Below, in pieces: positions 1 to 6,113 of a stretch of DNA of 7,592 bases (positions within the stretch are counted from its first letter, which is position 1; the number at the start of each line of letters is the position of its first letter). The notes under the pieces were generated by a model that was not told where the DNA came from, did no database searches, and was given only the letters and a program-made list of their open reading frames with translations. The stretch is taken from contig CALBUD010000069.1 of NCBI GenBank assembly GCA_937968065.1, positions 1 to 7,592 on the forward strand. Direction: 5' to 3'. This stretch comes from Candidatus Iainarchaeum sp. GTDB lineage: Archaea; Iainarchaeota; Iainarchaeia; Iainarchaeales; CSSED10-239. The position numbers and the translations under genes were made by a program.

Positions 1-40
1 GGGGATTATTTTAATTTTTTTTTGAGCATTTAGAAACATA

Positions 41-58
41 TTTATATATAATTATATA
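41..58 (+). promoter_or_regulatory. Candidate lysS promoter (A/T-only TATA-like element)
   Basis: TTTATATATAATTATATA lies 27-44 nt upstream of the ATG at 85 and contains a 14-bp perfect palindrome, TATATAATTATATA (45-58). An alternative bacterial-type reading is TTGAGC (22-27) plus TATAAT (47-52) with a 19-nt spacer. An A/T-only motif in AT-rich DNA is weak evidence. Confidence 0.3.
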
Positions 59-71
59 GTTAATTATATTT

Positions 72-76
72 GGTGA
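72..76 (+). promoter_or_regulatory. Shine-Dalgarno-like GGTGA for lysS
   Basis: GGTGA lies 8 nt upstream of the ATG at 85. The same GGTGA core precedes the glutaredoxin-like gene, and a related AGTGA precedes the zinc-ribbon ORF. Confidence 0.45.
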
Positions 77-84
77 AATTAATT

Positions 85-1581
85 ATGGCAAGAATAGATG
101 AATACGAAGAAAATAGAAAAAATAATTTTAAAAAATTATTAGATAATAATATAGAAACTTATCCATATACTTTTAACAAGACACATACAACTGATGAAAT
201 TATAAAAAAACATTCTTCTTTAAAAGAAGATGAATATTCAAAAGAAAAAGCAATTGTTGCCGGAAGAATTCTTTTAATAAGAAACTTAGGCAAAATTTGT
301 TTTTTAGATCTTTATGATTTTACAGGAAAAATACAAATTGTTTTAAAAGAAACAAACATAAATGAAACTACAAAAATAATTTTAGATTCTCTTGATAGAG
401 GAGATGTTGTTGGAGTTTCTGGAACTATTTTTAAAACTAAAAGAGGAGAAATTTCAATTGATGCAGAAAATTTAACTTTTTTATCAAAAGCATTTCTACC
501 TCTTCCTGAAAAATATCATGGAGTTAAAGATGCTGAATTAAAATATAGAAAAAGATATCTTGATTGGATGATTAATAAAGAATCAAGAGATGTTTTTATA
601 ATTAGAGCAAAAGTAATTTCTTTAATAAGAGAATTTTTAAATAAAAAAGGTTTCTTAGAAGTTGAAACCCCTCTTCTTCAACCTTTATATGGTGGAGCAA
701 ATGCAAGACCATTTATAACAGAAAGTTTTGTTTGGAAAAGAAATCTTTATCTTTCAATTTCACCTGAACTTTATCTTAAAAGACTTCTTGTTGGAGGTTT
801 TGAAAAAGTATATACTATTTGTAAAAATTTCAGAAATGAAGGTGTTGATAAATCTCATAACCCAGAGTTTACTATGCTTGAACTTTATGAAGTTTATAAA
901 GATTATAATGATGCAATGGATATTTTTGAAGAAATGCTTGAGTATGTTGTAACAAATATATTTAATACAACAAAAATTATATATCAAGAAAAAGAATTTG
1001 ATTTTAAAAGACCATGGCAAAAATTAACTATGAAAGATGCTATTAAAAAATATGCAAACATAGATGTTGATAAGTTATCTGATGAAGAAGTTAAAAAATT
1101 ACTTTTAGAAAACAAAATTGTTTTAGAAGAATATAAAAGAGGACTTGCAATTGCAGAATTGTTTGAACATTTTTGTGAAGATAAGTTAAAAGGACCAATA
1201 CATATAATTGATCATCCTAAAGAAACAACTCCTCTTTGTAAATTACATAGAAAAGATAAAACTTTAATTGAAAGAAACGAACCATATCTTAATAGTATGG
1301 AACTTGGTAATATCTATAGTGAACTAAATGATTCTTTCCTTCAAGAAGAACTTATGAATGAACAAAAAGAACAAGGTAAATCAAAGGGTGAAAATCATCC
1401 CGTAGATACAGATTTTATAGAATCTTTAAAATATGGTATGCCTCCAGCATATGGTATAGGTATGGGTATTGATAGATTAGTTATTATTTTAACAAACTCA
1501 CAAAATATTAGAGATGTTATATTGTTTCCTTTGTTAAGAGAAGAAGAAAATATTTCCAAAAATAAGGAGGAAAGTGATTAA
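85..1581 (+). CDS. lysS: Lysyl-tRNA synthetase, class II
   Basis: Full-length ORF. It has the OB-fold anticodon-binding signature (VAGRILLIRNLGKICFLDL), class II motif 2 (CKNFRNEGVDKSHNPEFTMLELY), the SELND element, and motif 3 (YGMPPAYGIGMGIDRLVIILT). The track ORF opens at TTG 70. I prefer ATG 85 (MARIDEY...) because GGTGA sits 8 nt upstream of it. Stop is TAA 1579-1581. Confidence 0.93.
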   Translation: MARIDEYEENRKNNFKKLLDNNIETYPYTFNKTHTTDEIIKKHSSLKEDEYSKEKAIVAGRILLIRNLGKICFLDLYDFTGKIQIVLKETNINETTKIILDSLDRGDVVGVSGTIFKTKRGEISIDAENLTFLSKAFLPLPEKYHGVKDAELKYRKRYLDWMINKESRDVFIIRAKVISLIREFLNKKGFLEVETPLLQPLYGGANARPFITESFVWKRNLYLSISPELYLKRLLVGGFEKVYTICKNFRNEGVDKSHNPEFTMLELYEVYKDYNDAMDIFEEMLEYVVTNIFNTTKIIYQEKEFDFKRPWQKLTMKDAIKKYANIDVDKLSDEEVKKLLLENKIVLEEYKRGLAIAELFEHFCEDKLKGPIHIIDHPKETTPLCKLHRKDKTLIERNEPYLNSMELGNIYSELNDSFLQEELMNEQKEQGKSKGENHPVDTDFIESLKYGMPPAYGIGMGIDRLVIILTNSQNIRDVILFPLLREEENISKNKEESD

Positions 1582-1583
1582 AG

Positions 1584-1742
1584 ATGGTCCATAAATGTAT
1601 AAAATGTAGAAAAATAATAGATTCGACAAGAATTTACTGTAAAGCATGTGAAGCACAAATAAAACAAATGCATGAAAATAAAAAAAAGAAAGAAGAACTA
1701 TGGGAAAACTCAGATTTTTTCCAAAGACAAAGACTTAAATAA
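1584..1742 (+). CDS. Small zinc-ribbon protein (52 aa), absent from the ORF track
   Basis: My own translation: MVHKCIKCRKIIDSTRIYCKACEAQIKQMHENKKKKEELWENSDFFQRQRLK. It has CxxC-x10-CxxC (C5, C8, C19, C22) followed by a basic tail. ATG 1584 is 2 nt after the lysS stop, and TAA 1740-1742 is 2 nt before the next ATG. AAGGAGG (1564-1570) and AGTGA (1573-1577) lie upstream. The ORF fills an otherwise empty 163-nt gap exactly. Confidence 0.7.
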   Translation: MVHKCIKCRKIIDSTRIYCKACEAQIKQMHENKKKKEELWENSDFFQRQRLK

Positions 1743-1744
1743 TT

Positions 1745-2698
1745 ATGATTAAAAAAATATTAATAATTTCTCATAGAGATGCAGATGGTATAACTTCTGC
1801 GGTTAGTTATATATGGAATTATTTAGAAATAAATAATATCTCAAAAAATACAGCAAATATATATAAATATTCAAATATTATTGATTTTCAGTATGAAGAA
1901 GATATTTTAAAAATATTTTCAAAAAAAAAAATAAATATAAATAATTATAAACAAATAATTCTTTTAGATCTTTCTTTACCAAAAGAGATTATGATTTCTT
2001 TTTTTAAAAAATTTAAAAAAGATTTTATATGGATAGATCATCATAAAGGACCAAACAAAGATTTTGAAAAATATTTTTCTTCAAAGAATATAAAGATAAA
2101 TGGTATAAGAGACTCAAATCATGCAGCTTGTTTTCTTGTATGGAAATTTTTTAAAAAAGGAGCTCCAGAGTTTGTTGAATATATACAAGATATGGATCTT
2201 TGGAAATTTAAAAAAGAAGATTCTAAATATTTTATAGCTGGACTTAAAGATCTTAAAGAAGAATATAAGAGAACAAATATTAAATATATTTTAGATCTTA
2301 TTAATTTTGATAATTTTTCTAAACAAAAGAAAAAAATTATTGAAAAAGGAAAAACAATTTATGAACATCAAAGAAATCATGTTTTAAGCTCTTTATATGC
2401 TGGAAAAATAATAAATTTTAGTGGCAGAAAAACATTTATAATAAACACTTTGTTTTTTGCAAGTGTTTTTGCAGATTTTTTCTTTAATCATAAAGATAAA
2501 AAATATAAAGATGTAGAAATTTTAATAATTTGGAATAAAGAATATAAAACAGGATTATTTAAATTTAGTTTAAGAAAAAAAGAATCTTCAAAGATTGATC
2601 TTTCAAAAATAGCAAAAAAATATGGGGGAGGAGGACATCCTTCTGCAGCTGCTTTTAATCTAAAAGATTTATCTAAACTTAATTTTAAAGACTATTAA
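1745..2698 (+). CDS. DHH/DHHA1-family phosphoesterase (NrnA/RecJ-like nuclease or nanoRNase)
   Basis: DHH motif I is SHRDADGITSA, motif II is ILLDLS, and motif III is WIDHH (D98-H99-H100, nt 2036-2044). The DHHA1 signature is YGGGGHPSAAAF near the C-terminus. At 317 aa it matches two-domain stand-alone DHH enzymes. Substrate cannot be inferred. Confidence 0.85.
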   Translation: MIKKILIISHRDADGITSAVSYIWNYLEINNISKNTANIYKYSNIIDFQYEEDILKIFSKKKININNYKQIILLDLSLPKEIMISFFKKFKKDFIWIDHHKGPNKDFEKYFSSKNIKINGIRDSNHAACFLVWKFFKKGAPEFVEYIQDMDLWKFKKEDSKYFIAGLKDLKEEYKRTNIKYILDLINFDNFSKQKKKIIEKGKTIYEHQRNHVLSSLYAGKIINFSGRKTFIINTLFFASVFADFFFNHKDKKYKDVEILIIWNKEYKTGLFKFSLRKKESSKIDLSKIAKKYGGGGHPSAAAFNLKDLSKLNFKDY

Positions 2699-2735
2699 TA
2701 GTTCTCTATCTTAAAAAAAAAAAAATTGATAAACT

Positions 2736-3638
2736 ATGACAGAATACTTATTAAATCTTGCAAGATTTGTATCATATAATGAAAAAAAAGATATTTTTAA
2801 AGAACTTAAAAATAAAGATTTTAAAGTTTCTAATGATTCTTGGTCTTATAGAAGATTAATTATAGATAAACCAATAAAAGGAAAAACATATGTTGCAAGT
2901 TTAATTGAACTAAAAGAGAGTTTTTCACAAGATAACCTAAATCAAACTATTAAAAGACTTTCAAAATATAAAATTAAAGAGATAAAAGCAAAAATTGATA
3001 GAAATGTACCTTTTCATGAAAAAGCAGTTGTTGATAGATATCTTAAAAAAGAAAAGTTTAATCCAAATGGAGAGGTTATTTATCTTGAAGCAAAGAAAGA
3101 AAATGAAAAAGTACTTGTAAGAATAGGTGTTTATTTAGAAGAAAGAGAAAATAATACCTCTCAAAATAAAAATAACTCATCTCAAAATAAAGTTGCAGGT
3201 GAAAAAAATAATTTTCCAGATCTTGCAATTGAAAGTCCATACACTTTAGGAGAAATTGGAGATTTTTTAAGATTTTCAAAAACTTTTAAAGTAAAGGTTT
3301 ACATTCTAACTTTAAATGATAAAGATTCACTTGAAAATATTCAAAAGTTTTTAAAAGAAAATAATTTTGATAAAGGGAAAGTAACTATTGTTAAAGATAT
3401 AGATGTTATAAAAAATAATTATGAAGTTATTGGTTTTAGTATGTGGGGAAAAGACTCACTTGAATCTTTAAAAATAAATAAAAAAACTCTTCTAATTTTT
3501 GGAAATGAAAGAAGAGGACTTTTAAAAAGTACAATGGATAAATGCTCAAAAGTTATAAAAATAGGATCTTCTTCTGAAGCCTTAAGAGCATGCCAAGCAG
3601 CTTCTTTTACTCTAGGATATCTTTTTTCTAAGAAATAA
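2736..3638 (+). CDS. Predicted RNA methyltransferase: THUMP-like N-terminal domain fused to a divergent SpoU/TrmH-type SPOUT domain
   Basis: The C-terminal half carries the three SpoU-like motifs: LAIESPYTLGEIGDFLRFSKTF (motif 1, conserved Arg), LLIFGNERRGL...KVIKI (motif 2), and SSEALRACQAASFTLGYL (motif 3, divergent from SLNVS.A). The N-terminal half resembles THUMP (IKAKIDRNVPFHEKAVV...FNPNGEVIYLE...KVLVRIGVYLEE, compare ThiI-type K.R...F...E...NPD..I.VEI). An N/S/Q/K-rich repeat linker joins the halves. Confidence 0.55.
   Translation: MTEYLLNLARFVSYNEKKDIFKELKNKDFKVSNDSWSYRRLIIDKPIKGKTYVASLIELKESFSQDNLNQTIKRLSKYKIKEIKAKIDRNVPFHEKAVVDRYLKKEKFNPNGEVIYLEAKKENEKVLVRIGVYLEERENNTSQNKNNSSQNKVAGEKNNFPDLAIESPYTLGEIGDFLRFSKTFKVKVYILTLNDKDSLENIQKFLKENNFDKGKVTIVKDIDVIKNNYEVIGFSMWGKDSLESLKINKKTLLIFGNERRGLLKSTMDKCSKVIKIGSSSEALRACQAASFTLGYLFSKK
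3150..3191 (+). repeat. In-frame 21-bp tandem duplication (2 units, 18/21 identical) encoding NNTSQNK-NNSSQNK
   Basis: Unit 1 is aataatacctctcaaaataaa (3150-3170) and unit 2 is aataactcatctcaaaataaa (3171-3191). Position 3150 is a codon start in the 2736 frame. Confidence 0.9.
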
Positions 3639-3661
3639 AACTTTTTTATTTTTAAAAAAAA
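3639..3661. terminator. Candidate bidirectional oligo-T terminator between convergent genes
   Basis: The 23-nt spacer is aaCTTTTTTATTTTTAAAAAAAA. It gives T6-A-T5 on the plus strand and T8 on the minus strand, immediately after both stop codons. No GC-rich hairpin is present. Confidence 0.4.
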
Positions 3662-3892
3662 TTATTTTAAAGCACTATCAATTTCAGGTTTATTAAACCC
3701 AACAATTATTTTCCCATTAACCTCTATAACAGGAACTCCTTGTTGACCTGATTTTTTAATCATTTCCATTGCTCTTGTCATATCTGATCCTACATCAACA
3801 TCTTCGAAAACAATATTTTTTGATTTTAAATATTCTTTTGCCATAACACAGTATGGGCAACTTTTTGTTGAATAAACAATAACATTATTCAT
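3662..3892 (-). CDS. Glutaredoxin-like / NrdH-like small thiol-disulfide oxidoreductase (CPYC)
   Basis: The 76-aa protein has the thioredoxin-fold pattern: VIVYSTKSCPYCVMAKEYL (CPYC at nt 3848-3859), a cis-Pro element GVPVIEVNGKIIVGF, and no classical GG.DD glutathione-binding tail. An AGGTGA ribosome-binding site lies 6 nt upstream. Confidence 0.85.
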   Translation of the reverse strand: MNNVIVYSTKSCPYCVMAKEYLKSKNIVFEDVDVGSDMTRAMEMIKKSGQQGVPVIEVNGKIIVGFNKPEIDSALK

Positions 3893-3898
3893 ATATAA

Positions 3899-3904
3899 TC
3901 ACCT
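3899..3904 (-). promoter_or_regulatory. Shine-Dalgarno AGGTGA for the glutaredoxin-like gene, formed by the last codon plus stop of the upstream regulator gene
   Basis: The minus strand reads ...AAA AGG TGA TTATAT ATG. AGG-TGA (Arg88-stop) forms AGGTGA, 6 nt from the ATG. Confidence 0.55.
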
Positions 3905-4165
3905 TTTTATTTTTTTAATATTTTTTATAATTTCTAAAATTAATTTTTTGTCTTTAATTTTAACACATTTTGTTTTGTTAATTTTTTCAATAATTATTAT
4001 TCCTTCTCTCTCTAAAATTTTAAGTTGTCTTGAAATTGTAGAAAGATCTTTTTTTGTAAAATTTGAAAGATCTGTACAACAGTTGTTTTTATCTTTTAAG
4101 AGTTCTAAAACTATAGAATATCTAGTTTTTTCACCTAATGCCTTAAATATCTTATATTCTTTCAT
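3899..4165 (-). CDS. ArsR/SmtB-family winged-helix transcriptional regulator
   Basis: The 88-aa protein starts with IFKALGEKTRYSIVLELL. NNCCTDLS sits where ArsR carries ELCVCDL (C29-C30, nt 4076-4081). The recognition helix is LSTISRQLKILEREGII. No arsenic or metal transporter gene is adjacent, so the effector is unknown. Confidence 0.8.
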   Translation of the reverse strand: MKEYKIFKALGEKTRYSIVLELLKDKNNCCTDLSNFTKKDLSTISRQLKILEREGIIIIEKINKTKCVKIKDKKLILEIIKNIKKIKR

Positions 4166-4200
4166 ATTTTTCTTTTTCTATTTAGAAATAATAGTTATAG

Positions 4201-4216
4201 TTGTATATATATACAA
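4201..4216. promoter_or_regulatory. 16-bp perfect palindrome TTGTATATATATACAA in the regulator promoter region (candidate operator and/or TATA element)
   Basis: The sequence is self-complementary on inspection. It lies 36-51 nt upstream of the regulator ATG (4165), inside the only sizeable spacer (100 nt) of the window. Confidence 0.4.
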
Positions 4217-4248
4217 GTAAGAAAACATTTAAAAACATTTCTTTCTTT

Positions 4249-4265
4249 AAAAATAATTCTAAAAA
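4249..4265 (-). terminator. Candidate oligo-T terminator for glmS
   Basis: The minus strand directly after the glmS TGA reads TTTTTAGAATTATTTTT, two T5 runs. There is no hairpin. Confidence 0.3.
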
Positions 4266-6098
4266 TCATTCAACAGTAACTGATTTTGCAAGATTTCTAG
4301 GTTTATCAATATCACACTTTTTTAAATCAGAGATATAGTAGGCTAAAAGTTGCATTACAACAACATTTAAGAAAGGTGTAAAATCTTCATTAATATCTTT
4401 TACATATAATATATAATCAGAAACTAAAGAAACATCCTCATCTCCTTTTGTTGCAATAGATATTATCTTTCCACCTCTTGTTTTTACTTCATTAATATTT
4501 GAAATTACTTTTTCATAGTTTTTATCTTTATTTACAATAAAAACAGAAGGCATATTCTCATCAATCAAAGCAATAGGACCATGTTTCATTTCAGCAGCAG
4601 GATATCCTTCTGCATGTATATAAGATATTTCTTTTAGCTTTAAAGCTCCTTCTAAAGCTATAGGATAGTTAATACCTCTACCTAAATACAAAAAATTATT
4701 AGAATCTTTAAAAATTATTGAAATTTTCTTAATATCTTCTAAATTATTATTAATAGTTTCTAAAATATAATTTGGTAAAGAAAAAAGATTGTTTATTATT
4801 TGTTCTCTATCTTCTTTAGAAATTAAATCATTCTTTTGTCCAATAAATAATGTTAATAACCAAACAGATATCAATTGATTTGTAAATGCTTTAGTTGATG
4901 CAACACCAATCTCAGGACCTGCTCTTGTATATATACCAGCACCTGCTTCTCTTGAAATAGTTGATCCAACAACATTAACAATCCCTATTATCTTTGCATT
5001 TTTGTTTTTAGCTTCTCTTAAAGCTGCCAAAGTATCTGCAGTTTCTCCAGATTGAGATATAACAATAACAACAACATTTTCATCCAATATTGGATCTCTA
5101 TATCTAAATTCTGAAGCATAATCAATTTCTGTTGGTATTTTTAAATATTTTTCAATAATAAACTTTGAAACTAAAGCACAATGCCAGGAAGTTCCACAAG
5201 CAACAATAACAATTCTTTTTAAATTTTTTAAATAATCTTTTGTTAAAAAATCTAAACCACCTAAAACAACTTTTTTAGATGAAAAATCAACTCTACCAGA
5301 TAATGCCTGCTTAATAACTTCACTTTGCTCATATATCTCTTTTAACATAAAATGTTTATAACCTTGTTTTTCAATTTCTTCTAAAGTTGTAGATATTTCT
5401 TCAATATCTCTATCAATTATCTTATTATTAAAATTAGTTATTTTATATCCTTCTTCATTTATATGAGCGATTTCATCATCTTGAAGATAAATAATTTTAT
5501 TTGTATGTTCAATAATTGCAGAAATGTCACTTGCTACAAAATATTCTTTATCCTCTCCAATACCAATAACTATTGGAGAGCCTTTTCTTGCAACAATAAT
5601 CTCTTTCTTATCTTTAGAAATAACTAATAAACCAAAGGTACCAATTACTTGAGAAAGTGCTTTTAAAGTTGCTTTTTTTAAATTTTTTTCATAAAATTTT
5701 GAAATTAATGCAACTAATACTTCAGTATCAGTTTCTGATTTAAATTTATATCCTTCTGAAATTAAAAAGTTTTTCAAAGTTTGATAATTTTCAATAATTC
5801 CATTATGAACAATAGATATCTTTTCAGAAGAATCTGTATGTGGATGTGCATTTATTTCAGAAGGTTTTCCATGTGTTGCCCATCTGGTATGTGCAATTCC
5901 AATATTTGAAGTTATAGAAAAATCAATTTTGTTTTTTAAATCTATAACTTTACCTTTAGTTTTTATTGTCACAATTTTATTTTCTTTTAAAAAAGATAAT
6001 CCACAAGAATCATAACCCCTATATTCAAGTCTTAAAAGAGCATTAACAAGTATTGGTAAAGAATTTTTTTGTCCAAGATATCCTACAATTCCACACAT
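4266..6098 (-). CDS. glmS: Glutamine--fructose-6-phosphate aminotransferase (isomerising)
   Basis: The 610-aa protein has the MCGIVGY N-terminal Cys nucleophile (Ntn amidotransferase), two SIS-domain signatures (VACGTSWH..., ISQSGETADT) and the canonical C-terminus KPRNLAKSVTVE followed by TGA. Confidence 0.95.
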   Translation of the reverse strand: MCGIVGYLGQKNSLPILVNALLRLEYRGYDSCGLSFLKENKIVTIKTKGKVIDLKNKIDFSITSNIGIAHTRWATHGKPSEINAHPHTDSSEKISIVHNGIIENYQTLKNFLISEGYKFKSETDTEVLVALISKFYEKNLKKATLKALSQVIGTFGLLVISKDKKEIIVARKGSPIVIGIGEDKEYFVASDISAIIEHTNKIIYLQDDEIAHINEEGYKITNFNNKIIDRDIEEISTTLEEIEKQGYKHFMLKEIYEQSEVIKQALSGRVDFSSKKVVLGGLDFLTKDYLKNLKRIVIVACGTSWHCALVSKFIIEKYLKIPTEIDYASEFRYRDPILDENVVVIVISQSGETADTLAALREAKNKNAKIIGIVNVVGSTISREAGAGIYTRAGPEIGVASTKAFTNQLISVWLLTLFIGQKNDLISKEDREQIINNLFSLPNYILETINNNLEDIKKISIIFKDSNNFLYLGRGINYPIALEGALKLKEISYIHAEGYPAAEMKHGPIALIDENMPSVFIVNKDKNYEKVISNINEVKTRGGKIISIATKGDEDVSLVSDYILYVKDINEDFTPFLNVVVMQLLAYYISDLKKCDIDKPRNLAKSVTVE

Positions 6099-6113
6099 GT
6101 TTATCTTATTCTC

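Noticed and set aside
1-23. GGGGA at the window edge followed by a T9 run, as the 3' end of an upstream structured RNA or terminator.
   Set aside because: It is truncated by the window boundary, and too little sequence is present to identify a stem or gene.
70-84. TTG at 70 as the lysS start (the track ORF begins MVKLIM...).
   Set aside because: The GGTGA ribosome-binding site (72-76) would then lie inside the ORF. ATG 85 has proper SD spacing and gives a normal LysRS N-terminus. The upstream extension is just open frame.
1-84. T-box or lysine (L-box) riboswitch leader upstream of lysS.
   Set aside because: Only 84 A/T-rich nt are available. They have no specifier or T-box consensus and no GC-paired stems.
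728-1020. Track ORFs 728-952 (+) and 760-1020 (-), nested in lysS.
   Set aside because: They lie entirely within a strongly supported conserved CDS. The translations are low-complexity and Phe/Ile/Lys-rich, typical of off-frame AT-rich sequence, and have no start context.
3076-3279. Track ORF 3076-3279 (-), antisense to the THUMP-SPOUT gene.
   Set aside because: It is embedded antisense in a longer ORF with recognisable motifs, and has no motif, RBS or promoter of its own.
3662-4165. Arsenic-resistance (ars) operon.
   Set aside because: No arsB/acr3, arsC or arsA is in or next to the pair. The ArsR family assignment does not imply arsenic sensing.
3662-4165. Toxin-antitoxin pair (two small, tightly coupled genes).
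   Set aside because: Both products have clear non-TA identities: a thioredoxin-fold CPYC protein and an ArsR-type wHTH.
3948-4220. Track ORF 3948-4220 (+), a 90-aa hydrophobic-looking protein.
   Set aside because: It is antisense to the ArsR-like gene, whose HTH motifs are clear. The apparent hydrophobicity is the expected artefact of translating the complement of Lys/Glu-rich AT-rich coding sequence.
4182-4238. 18-codon minus-strand ORF (MFLNVFLLVYIYNYNYYF) in the glmS-arsR spacer, as a possible leader peptide.
   Set aside because: It has no RBS, it runs through the palindrome and (TA)n tract, and its composition is what random AT-rich sequence yields.
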